From Vicugna vicugna (taxonomy: Eukaryota), in the NCBI GenBank assembly GCA_013265495.1, contig MU057560.1:1781664-1845663 (forward strand): 64,000 nt of DNA, in the 5' to 3' direction. A program made the translations under genes and the position numbers. Below are positions 27,341 through 38,500 of this stretch, in pieces (position 1 is the stretch's first letter; each line of letters opens with the position of its first letter). Under the pieces are notes generated by a model. The model worked only from the letters and a program-made list of their open reading frames with translations, did no database searches and was not told the DNA's origin.

Positions 27341-28129
27341 GTTGGCTTGTCCACAGCCTTCCTTCCACACAGCCCAGCTCATCTTCCTCTACCAATACAG
27401 CCGTGAGGAATGACACTCAAGGGTTTCAAAAGGACAATCCCAAAGAATCTGTCTCCTCCTTGAATCAGGTGACACAGGGTTGGGGGATCTCTAGCGGCAA
27501 GAACAGGTATTCTTGGATTCCCAGCCACAAATAGTTGAAAGCAGCCTTTGCCCACAGGACTGTGACCTCATAAAAACCAGAAACACAAGTCAGTCAGCAC
27601 TCTGGACCTACCTCAACACGCTAGATTTTGTTTCTGGCCGAGCTAAGGTCACCCCTTTTGGCACACGTGGGCGGCTCAACACAGCCCTCCCTGAACACAA
27701 GAAATGCAGTGAATATTCAAAGGAAGGAAGAGGAGGGCAAACAGACTCAAAATAGCAAACTTCACTCCCTCCTGGCAGCCTGGCAGAGTGCCAGGTGTGT
27801 CCAATCCCTTCCGTTAGCAAAACCAGGCATGCGGACAGGGCGGCTCACAGGCTGGACTTAGACTTAGACTTCTGTTTTTGTCTTTCCGATCCGACATTCC
27901 TAAAGGTCCAGAATGATTAACTATGTGTATTTCGCTGTGCTGTTTCAGAAGGTGAGCAACCACAAGAAGCCGGCTGCCAGCCCCAGGGATCCTTGTTGCC
28001 TCTTTGCCCCGCAGCGGACTCGGCGCGCCCGACACGTCACTAAGCCAGGGAGGGTCATGGGTCCAGACTCCACCTAGGAAATCACTGGGAGCTGCTCTGG
28101 TGGGTTACTTCGTCTAGAAATAGTCTTAC

Positions 28130-28960
28130 CCGGCCTCTCTAGGGGCACCTGCAATTACCGCCTGAAACAGGAAGGCTGAACGGAGCGGGGGGTCACCGGC
28201 CCCTGCCGCCCGCCCGGCCTCGGTGCGGAGCTCCCCGGCAAGCGGGTGCGAGGAACCCCCGAGACGACAGCCACCAGCCAGGCCCCGCTCCTCGGGCCAA
28301 CAGTTCACAGGGGAAGGTGGCGCTCAGGGGTAGCGCACGTGCTTAGCACTCGTGCGGCCCTGGGCTCCACCCCCAGGCCCTCTGTTAAAGCAAATAATAA
28401 ATCAATCTAATTACCTCCCTCCCCGAAAAGTAACATCAAGAAGAAACATTTAAAAGATAGTTCACACCACTGGTATCAAACGGCAGACTGAAAATCAGAA
28501 TCAGTAATCTTGGGCGCTAAACCAGAGAGGAAAAAATTATCTGAAATTAGAATTAAGTCACATTAGGGAGTGGGGGACCTACCCACCGAGAACAAACACG
28601 TGGAGAATCGGCCAGAGCAGCCGGCGGAGGGCAGCCCGACGGAGTCCCGCTCAGCCCTGCAGCCGCCCCCTGCCCGACCCGCTTCCCGCCAGGGACGCCC
28701 ACTCGCAGTCCGCCCCGCCCCCTCCAGCGCCTCCAACACGGAGACGACTCCGAGGCGGTGATGGCGCGTGCTCTGCGCCTGCGCCGCGGGGTGCGCCCCG
28801 GCGGGGCCCGGGGCTGCGAGCATCCGGTGGGTAATCTGTCACTCCTTGCTCTCGGAGAGCTCCGGGGAGGGCGCCAGAGGCACGTTTTCTTGCTGTGCTC
28901 TGATCCAGCGACGGCATCTTTTTTTCTTAAAGAAAATTGAAAAAAACAACGCCGGCACAC
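28130..28960. promoter_or_regulatory. CpG island / probable bidirectional promoter
   Basis: CpG-dense; tandem GC boxes ccgccccgccccc near 28710, NRF1-like TGCGCCTGCGC near 28774, GATGGCG; splice donors point outward on both strands. Confidence 0.7.
28310..28458 (+). mobile_element. Camelid tRNA-derived SINE (vic-1 type), diverged
   Basis: Homologous to the 13440 copy; ctaattacctccc in tail; TSD agttcaca at 28302-28309 and 28459-28466. Confidence 0.8.
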
Positions 28961-29875
28961 GTTTCATTGTTTTCATTGCTCAGATTTTCCTGAACAATGA
29001 AAACTGAATTTTCTGCACAATGAAAACACTGACCAACAGCAGATCATTGGTCGGATTTCTTTAAATAAACACAAAAGGAGGATCTGCATCCAGGAGCCGG
29101 AGTTTGCCAGCAAGTTCACAGCCACGTGTGCCTCATAGGGGAGAGGTTTTCCCTGATGCTTCTTCCATCACAATCTGGAATTTGCCCACTATGCAGAATG
29201 CCAGAAATAGGTCAAAATGTGTCACTTGAGGAACAAGAAAAAAATTTAAACTCACCAATTCTCAAGTTCTTAACATTTTGAATATCCTCTGTGTACTTTT
29301 TTCAGGAAAGAATTCAGCTTAATTGGCATGTAAACTTGTTTCCCTACGGAAAAAATGTGAGATGGAAGCTTTGCTGAAATTAACGTGTTGGTGTCACCAG
29401 TGAATGATGCCAACAATACATTACATCTAAAGTTTTTTTTAATTCTCTGGGTAGATCATTCTAAACCTCAAAGTTCACATTCTAGTTGTATTCTTTTAAC
29501 AGTGTTTTATTTCAGCATCAAAAGTGGCAAATTTGAGGGGCAAACAGGATCCAGTGAGGCCATGGTCTGCAGTTAAAGCTGAGATTTCTCTGGATTTTCT
29601 TTTCAATTGTTTAGTTGAGCGACTCCCAGGGAATTAGTCTGGATACACCTTGTAAGTAATAAGCCGAGGGACCACTTAAAGAAACCGAGACCCCGGGGAT
29701 GGGCAGCACTCTACAGCCAAGGTGCTGTTTCCGGACACAACTTGCACCCACCTGTGTCTGAATTGGTTCTCACATCACCAATACTTCATGAAAAGACAAG
29801 GTGCACCTTTGGGCAGCCCCAGAAAGGCTGCAGGAGATGACCTGGGAGCCAACTACAGGGAGCTGACTCTTTCAG

Positions 29876-30349
29876 AATGAATGAAGATGGGCAACTTCTC
29901 TACCCCACCTGGACTCATTCAAGATCCACGAAGCAAGCAGAAGAGGCTTGAAGCTGGGACCAGACTGCACAATGTCTGCACATCAAACTCATGCATTTTC
30001 CACAGGTGAGTGCCCCGGCATCCACCCACGGTCTCCGGTACCCTCGATTTGCACCGCCCACATAACACATTTTGTTATCTTGTTTCTAACCCATGTGGAT
30101 TGAAAGCAGCAAATGACAGCTGGAAAGAAGAAGTATTTAGACAAGCTCAGTATAGGTGGAAGAGCTGGCTGACAGGGCAGAGCTGGAAAAAGAAAACAGA
30201 AGTGAAAAAATAGCCAGAGACCAAAGACCTGCAATGGGCCCTCACTCCACACACATCACACAGTAACTTCTTTTCAGGATGCTCGTCCTCAGTCGTCCCG
30301 ACAGCTGTGTCTGGTGGGTCTGCAGGATGCCCTTTGATAAAGGCTCCAG
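29876..30349 (+). ncRNA. Candidate spliced plus-strand transcript (exons 29876-30005 and 30278-30349), probably lncRNA
   Basis: ctctttcag|...CAG|gtgagt and ttcttttcag|...CAG|gtgtgt downstream of the CpG island. Confidence 0.35.
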
Positions 30350-30974
30350 GTGTGTGTGTGCTCGCTCTGCGTGACTGGACTTCAGTGAGGAGCCGAACCT
30401 CTCCCCAGGTCCCCGCTGGCGGGACGATGAAGTCCTGTCTGGGCTGGTTGGGTGTCTCCTAACTCAGTCGGGCTCCTGGGGTCACGTAGAGGGATATACC
30501 AGCCCCTTCCAACCCCTCCTGTGCCTTCAGGAAAGAAACTACTCAGGTTGCCCCAGGAAGAAAAGCAATCCCACAGCCAACAATTACGTAGCATTGCTTG
30601 GCCAGGTCTCTTGCCCCACCTCCCAGTTCTCTCTCTACCCAACTTGTTTATTCTCCCCCAAGTCCCCTTACCAGAAGGGCAAAAGGGCAAGAGAAGGCTT
30701 CAGCTTTCCCTTCCCACCTGGAGAAAGAAAAATGCTTCCTCCTACATCCACCCAAAGTCAAGTGAAGGAGGCTGTCGCGTGTACCAACCACAGAGACTGA
30801 GGACCTGAGAGAGAGAGGAACCGACATGCCCCTCCCCAGCCCCATGGCTGGGTGGCTTGCCAATCTGCTTCTCTGTATTTGTATACACCAAGGGAGAACA
30901 GAATTAGAAGCATATGGCAGGTGCGGGAATGAGGGATCTAAATTCCCACCAGCTGCTGTGTCAAGAACGCCACA

Positions 30975-31910
30975 AGAAAAGCACTTCTGAGATGACAGAG
31001 TGAGGACCACCAAAATCCCGCTCCTTCATGAAAGTAATGAAAAGTGTCGAAATCAACTTTTTCAGGACTCTAGAAATTAATCGAAGGGTTACATAACTGA
31101 ATCTCAGTAGGAGCAGCAGGCTTGATGATGTTTTAACGTGCCCTATTCCCATCTTCCTCTCCTCAGCTCAACTGTTCCACGGTAGCTGTGAAAACCACAG
31201 CTTAGGACCCGCTGGGAGGAGGAAGAGCGGGTTTGGAGCTCCCCAAAAGCTGAGACCCAGGAATCTGTCACTATCTGACCTGTCTGGCGGCTGCAGGAAA
31301 AGCCCTGGTCTCAAGGTTTCTCTTTATTTGACCTGACTCAGCTCTCTCTGTATGAACAGTCCTATCTCTGGGGCATTCATCAAAAGCAACCAGTGACAAC
31401 TGTTTAACACCACGGCTGCCTGATGCAGTAACACCAGTTGGGCCAGACAAAAATTTTTTACATTTTAAGTTCTAGTTTTAAGAAAAAACTAGGGGATGAG
31501 ATATCTGTAGTGGGCTTTGTAAAGCTCTGACATATTCCTGAAATCTAGAAGGCCACATGCGTGTGCAGAGCCGTGCGTGCGCCCAGGAAAGGCCTGATAA
31601 GGCCTTAATCCCTCAGCTCTGTCTGACCTTGAGGCTCTGGTCAGGAAGTGAAGTGGAAGCAGAGTTGTAACTCCCCTGCGGGACTGCTGAAGATACATTC
31701 AACACACAGACAGAGCTCCTCAGAAAAGGCTCGGGATTTGCTGAATCGGGATGTTTAAGGGGATCTCTGTCCAATCAGTAGCTGAGCACTAAAATCAACA
31801 AACTCCAAGCTGGATAAAACTCAGAGAGAGGCGCACCTAGATACATCACACCTGCCCCAGCGAAAGCCAAAGAAAGAAAATCTTAAAACAGCAAGAAAGA
31901 AACAACTCGT
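30975..31910 (+). mobile_element. Ancient L1M 5' region / ORF1 remnant
   Basis: aaatcaactttttcaggactctagaaattaa; cacctagatacatca..gaaaatcttaaaacagcaaga. Confidence 0.7.
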
Positions 31911-34900
31911 GTACTGTGACTTGTGCTATTTCAGTGGAAGCAAAAATAGTTTCTTTTGCCGTATCTTTTTCTGTAAAAGAGAAAGATGTTTCCACTTTTC
32001 ATTTTCTTTCTGGTTTCTACTACTCAGTTCAGAAGGCTCAGCAGACATTTTTTAAACTCTCCCCTTTTGCTTACTTTCTCAGTTTTTCCTGTGTACCCCA
32101 ACATATTCTGACACATTTGAATGCAGGCCAACTTCTAAAGCATTTTTAAGCGTCAAATATAATAAGTTGACACTGATGAGCCTGTTGCCAATGGTTATAA
32201 CTATTTGATCAATAATTATAACAGAAAATACTTTCAAGTCCTTAACACAGCCACGCCCAGGATCTTGGAGATGATGACAGCTAAGTCTCTAATCATGCAA
32301 ACTCTACCTTGTTGACAGCAAATGATTTTTTTTTACCAAAATGCAAAGCTAAACAGCTTATACCTTCGTTAAATGACTACAATGCAAACAAAATACAGAT
32401 AACTGTTATATGTGTACTCAGCAAAAAGAAAAAAAACTTCCCCAAACCCTGAATAGAGTTATTTGAAGGCATACATTATTTGCTGAAATTAAAATCTTTG
32501 CTAAAGAAGACCGTTAAGTCTTCGCACTTAGACACGTGGGCATTATTTTTGTCCTCATAAAAATGAGTAAAATCCATTTCCCAGCAGATCTGGGATTTTT
32601 TGTTTGTTTGTTTGGAATTAATCACTTGGAAGGGAAAATGTTTCCTCCTTTGAATTTGAGGTTCCAGGTACGTCTTCGTGAGAACTTTCAAGCTGCATAA
32701 AGCTGAAACCATACCTTCCAATAAACATTCCAAGAAAAGAAGTAATTACATGGAATGTGCACAGGTTATTCCACACCCTTTTGGTTTTCTGAATGACCCT
32801 TGTGGGCCTTCATCATAAAGAACCACATTTCATTCTTTTAAATGTTTACTAAAAAGAAGTATCACCAAGAAAAGGAATCAGATCAATGTGGCGTCCACTG
32901 GAAAAGCCTCATCTTTAGCTTTTGAGAAGACACTACTGCCTGGGGCTTCAGCCCCACCCCAGACAGGACCTTCTTGCTGCTAAAATGTCTGTTTGCAAGA
33001 AAGAAGCACCATAATTGAAGACAACCTGACTTCAAGTGGATATAAAGGTGTTTTTTTTAATTTACTGGTTTCCACTCCCAGGCCATCTGAAAGACATAAA
33101 AAAGCCAGTTAAAGGAAGAACCTCTCAAAGCTGTGATCTGGCCACAGTCTACTCCCAGTTTTCACAAGAGATGGAATTTCTGTGAAGTCCGGATTCTGGG
33201 CGATTTTCTGGGCTGCAGTCCGTCCCGTTGAGAGTCCAGGTTCTACAGGATGAGATGAGAGCTCATGCAGAAAGCAGCCTTGAAATGTGATTTTGACATG
33301 ATTTTGCAATGCGGTTGGCCTTGGTGGTCATCGCATCTCAGCCGCTCTGTCCCCTCTCCCCTTCCAACCTCCAGCCCCATCTTTAAACGTGCTAAGGTGC
33401 TATGGCCCATTTGAATCTGAATTGTCTGGTCCATAAGTCTCAGGGAGTTATGTCATCCATCCCCCAGCACCCAGCCCGCTCTGAGGTTAAGCCCGAAACC
33501 TGGATGTCACCTGGATGCAGTATTTTAAATGAAGCAGTATTGACATATCCATTAAAATAAAAAGACTCTATCTTACCCCAGAATTATACTATGATTTTAG
33601 AGTTTAATTTCACTTGATTCATACAATAATTCTATGCGAAGGCAAGTTGAGTATTACAGTGGATTTGGAACTGAAAAAAAATGTTTTTGAAGGAAGAAAA
33701 AAAAGAAAAACGTAATTTCAAGTCCTGCCCTGCCAGCTACTAGCTGCGGGCTACACGGGCCTTTGGGCCGACCAAGCGGCCCCACGGTGGCCTCGTGCAC
33801 ACCTGCTGTGAGCACCACGGTCACCGGGCGGCTCCCAGACCTAGCAGCCCAACGTCGCCGTTCCCCTTCGACAGGAGAGAGTCATGTTCGGAGAGCTCAA
33901 GCGAACGCTCAAGGCCGTCTGGTCAATAAGGGGAGGCATCTGGACTAGACCCGAGGTTCTGGCCCGAAATCCATCCTCTTCCCACAACAACATGCACCAG
34001 ACGCTGGAACAGAAGGCTCAGGCAAAAGGAGTGGGAGATGCAGTTCTAATTCCCTTTCATGCACCAGAACACGCAGTAAGAGTGTAGCCAGGTCAAAATC
34101 AATGGGTTCCCCACCAGAAGCGGACGGACTAACCGAAAAAAGCTAAAGATGAGGTGGAGACGGTTTCCATTTGATTGCCATTTCCTCCTTCAAGTGTAAC
34201 AAACGTGACGGTCAAATCTAACAATCAATCAAGAAACCACAAATATGGTGAAGTAACGGCTCTCCTTTCTCCTCCCACGTGCCAGCCCTGTGTGACTAGG
34301 CAACAGGTGGCAGATGCTGGTGTGGCTGGGACTAGACCTTGGCCCCCCTAACATCCTCACCGCTTCGTCTGTTCTGCCAGTGAAGCAGGCCAGCTCAGCA
34401 GAGGCTCGGGCAGCATAATCTGCTGTGTCTCCTCTCATTTCATGGGAGAAAAGACTGCAGCCGAAAGGGAACAGCGCTGCAGCCGACTGTTTCTTAGTGC
34501 CTCCCGTGTGCCCGGCACCGCCCCAAGTGCTTGGTGATACGCACTGTTGTTCTCGGTGGTCCCAGCAACCTGTGACTTAGTCATCACTCTCAGCCCCAGT
34601 TTGCGGACGAGGTGCAGGCAGCTCACGCACTGCACGAGTGGAGAAGCCGAGCTCCTGCAGTCGGACCTGAGAGCCCATTCTCTTTAATCACCAAAAATGC
34701 CCCGTTCCAGGGGGTTCTACTGTCTACTTCTGACATGGATGTGCACGTATGTGTATCTATAACAGATACGTGTTTGTGTTGCTTGTAAATAATATGTATA
34801 ATAATTATAAGATGCCTTAATTCACTTCAAAGTAGGAATAATTATAGACAATGACGTAAACGTCTCATTTTCAGGGTGGCTGAGTCACTGTGGAACGCCA

Positions 34901-35142
34901 GATACAGGTGATGGGCCAAGAAGAAGGGTTTTTCTGGGCCAAGTGGTGACATTAAATCTCACTGACCCACCCCTCCCCCTCCAGGTGTAGTACGCTCGGG
35001 GGACAGAAGAAGGAATTCCAGAGCAACTTAGTCTGAATCATTGTTTTAAAAGTTTATGTCTGGGCACCAAAATATGAAATTCACAATTTAAATATTCCAC
35101 TAGCATGTGTCTGTAGCAATAATGGGGTAAAAAACGCCTAAT

Positions 35143-35148
35143 TTTATT
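35143..35148 (-). terminator. Polyadenylation signal of the minus-strand gene
   Basis: AATAAA about 70 nt after the stop, followed by a U-rich tract (gcgtttttt). Confidence 0.6.
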
Positions 35149-35215
35149 TTCATCTGCTTTATGATCCTTTCTGGCGTCGGACCGTTGCTCTTCACAATAT
35201 GGTGACATTCTGTTC

Positions 35216-35571
35216 TCATGGTGTTTGTTGTTCCATGTGTTCTCCCCAAGGCGTCTGTTCGCGGGACGGTTGTCCCAAGGACGGCCGCCCAGGGGGTCCT
35301 TGCTTGTCCGGCATCTGTTCGCGGGACGGTTGTCCCAAGGACGGCCGCCCAGGGGCTCCTTGCTTGTCCGGCATCTGTTCGCGGGATGGTTGTCCCAAGG
35401 ACGACTGCTGAAGTGATCCCTGTTTCTCGAGGTTCACTTCTGGGTGCTGTGGTGATGACTCTTCTTGTGACTGCTGTCGTGTTGGTGGCCCTCCTTGGTC
35501 TTCTATTTCTACTGGGGTTTCTAGCAGTAGGGGTGTATTGTTTTCCTCTAGAATGCCATTTGGTTCTTTTT
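35216..35571 (-). CDS. Terminal coding exon: E/Q/P-rich disordered tail with 20-aa repeats
   Basis: Acceptor ttttgttttattttgttcacttaaaacaag, phase 1 (E)KEPNGILEENNTP...EQQTP*. Matches the ORF-track frame 35216..35746. Stop TGA at 35218-35216. Confidence 0.75.
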
Positions 35572-38500
35572 CTTGTTTTAAGTGAACAAAATAAAACAAA
35601 ATCACCAATGAACATAGTAGCCATCTAAACCAAGGGAAGCAAATCATACAATGACAAATATTGCTTCTGTACCAGTGATTCCAAAATGACAGGAATAACG
35701 TTAATGAGTCATCCCCTAGGATAGCACTCTTCCAGTGTGCTTTCACACTTTTACTCTCATTTAGAACTACAATTGCTTAGTTGTTTAAAAATTAAAGAAC
35801 CACAGGAAAGACTCCTGCTTTTTCTTCGGGTCCCTGAGGTAGGGGCACTTTTTTATTAACATGAGAAAAAAGAATCAATGCAGAAGAACCCAGGGCCACT
35901 GTTCTCCAGAAGAGGCACCAACAAAGGAAGAACAACCCATCACGTGCAGGATTATCAGCCCCTCATTGGCCAAACCACACTCACCAATGTCAATGCGACT
36001 CCTGCCGTGAAAAACGCCACCTGGCACAGGAAATCAAAGGCTGCACTTGACAACCGAAAACACCACCATTTGAAACAACACATGGAAAGACAGCCTCAGT
36101 TAGAGCTTCACAGAGCCTGACAGGAGCCAGGCACCTCAGAACCCAGCACGCTGACATCTTCCCTTCCCCTCAAGCCCGCCTTGTCTGCAGGAGTAGCCCC
36201 AGACCCTGATTCAGAAACCCCAGCTCCAAATTCAACCCCACCTCTCACAGCCATTCTGGGGCCCAGCCTGGTCCATCCGGTCTGCTCCCAGCAATCTGTC
36301 CCTCCCTCCGCAGCCGCACGGCCGTGCTCCTGGCCTCCGCCATCTGTCACACAGAACGTGTGCACGCACATGACGCTCTGCCTCCCCTGCCCCCCGCCGT
36401 CAGAGTGACACTTTACAGCATCAGGTCGGTCACATCATCTCCCTGCTTTAACATGACCTAGGGGGTAAAGACCAAGACCCTCAGGAAGGCACACAGGGCG
36501 AGGCAGCGACGGCTGCAGACCCAGACTGCACCGCTCTCCCCAGCGCAGAGCTGCCACAGACGGTTCCCGGCCAGCTGCATCCCAGGGGGCCAAATGCCTC
36601 CTTCTGACCAAAAGGCCGTGAGACGCGGAGTCCTCCTCGGGGCTGAGGTGGTGACTGTGACCTCCCGTCTCTCCTCTCCTCCTGCAGTGACCGTGAAGGC
36701 CGTGTGTGGGAGATGGCAGCATCACGAAGCATCACAATTAGGAGGGGAGACACCAAGGAGAGCCTCCCTCTTCAGCAGGCTTGGCATTTATTGTGCAAAG
36801 TCACTGAGACTTGGGGTTGACACCTTCACTGCATCTTGGCCCAGCCGACTCTCACTGACACAACGGACCTTCAGATCTGAGCCTTAGCTGTACCTTCATC
36901 TTCCTCTCACACTGCTCCCTGACACCCTTTTTGTCCCAACTGCACCAAACCAGATGCACACCCTCAATGCAGCACCGCATCTCTGTGCATTTGTGGATGC
37001 TGACCCCCTACCCCACGTCCCCTTCTGGACACTGCCTGCCTGGCAAACTCCCACTGCTCCCTCACAATTCGCTCCAACAACCCTCTCCTGGGCGACACCT
37101 TCTGTAATTCCCTCAGCCTCTCTCCTGACCCTGCCAGACAGCCAGCCATTCTCTCTCGGGGAAGTTTCCAGGGCATCCAATACCAGCCCCTATCTGCTCA
37201 TGCATCTGTGCGGCAGCCCAGTGCAGACGGGCTTCCTGAGAGCGGCACAGCTGATGCCGACTCACACGTGTTCTCTCAACATCCAGGCGGACTCAGCTCA
37301 CAGCCAGCAGCTCCACAGTTTTGTTTTGTTTTGTTATTAAAGAAAAGGTCCAGTGGCATGTGACTGCTGGCCCCCCACCTGCTCTCCAAATGACCTTGGG
37401 CAAATCACCTTCCCTTTCCGGGTTTCAGTTATTTCTGCCTTGAAAGCCAGGCAAGGATGGTCTTTAGAAATGTAAAATTGGGTGATAAGGGCTTGAACGC
37501 ACGCAGTGAACCGTGAAAACCGATACACAGTCGTCCTTGGTGTCCGCAGGGATCTGGCTCCAGGACCCCCATGGGTACCAAACCCACAGTGCTCAAGTCA
37601 CTTATGCCGAACGGCACAGGGTCTGCACGTAGCCTGCACACATCACTGAGAACACCTAATACGATGCAAATGCTGTAAACACAGCTGTACACACAGCTAA
37701 ATACTATGTCAACAGTCACCTGTACGTGGCATAGGAAAGTTTTGCTTTTTGGAACTTTCTGGAATTTTTTCCAAATATTTTTGACCCACAGTTGGTTGAA
37801 TCCACGGATGCAGAGGGCAAATTGTACACGTGCTGTGACACTTATCACATCACATAAAACTGAAGAGCGAAAGATGGGGAGGGGGGTTACGGAAGGAAAA
37901 CTAGAAACTGCCACAGGGTAAGATGTGATTATGCGAAAACGAAAGGCCGAGGCAGCGGGAGCCACGGGGAGCCGACGCTGCCCTGCAGCCCCCAGGAAGA
38001 CCCGGGGCTGCTCCGGCTCACACTCGAGCCCTGCCTCCTTCAGGCCCGTCCTGCACGCTGGCCGACTTCTGCGTACGGCGGGTCTCCCCGCCAGGCCGGG
38101 AGCAACCTGCGGGCAGGGCCCGGGTCGTACTCATCTTGGCTGCAGAAGGCACTCAGAAGTGTCTCATAAATGAAAGAAGGGGAGTTCAAAATAAACGGAC
38201 CAGCAGTCCCCAGCCCCACACATAAAGCATTCCTACAGACGTGCGAAACTAGAGATGGCATTGAGATGTCAAGTGTGTTTACACGAATAACGTATTACTC
38301 TACTGTCCAATATAAAATTACATTAATATAGAATAATGCATGTGCTATATTGATAAGTGATAAAATGCATTTTGAAAACCCCTGCGTTTTAAATGCAATT
38401 GCCGATGAGATATTTCCGGCATTGCATAGTCATTCCATATTGTCTCCTTTCAGAATTGAGCCCATAATCTAACAGGTCCCTAAATGTGGCTGAAAATTTG

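Larger units (their letters stand above)
24713..28700 (-). ncRNA. Candidate spliced minus-strand transcript (exon ending about 28583-28587, then 28161-28130, 27690-27612, 24894-24713)
   Basis: Canonical acceptor/donor pairs: ccttcctgtttcag|..CGG|gtaaga; atttcttgtgttcag|..GAG|gtaggt; gggttttcctcag|..TAG|gtactg. No continuous ORF found. Confidence 0.35.

Noticed and set aside
35250..35403. CRISPR-like array
   Set aside because: Contiguous tandem units with no unique spacers, in mammalian DNA.
35218..35628. Plus-strand hydrophobic ORF resembling a membrane protein
   Set aside because: Antisense shadow of the E/Q/K-rich minus-strand exon; splice and polyA signals support the minus strand.
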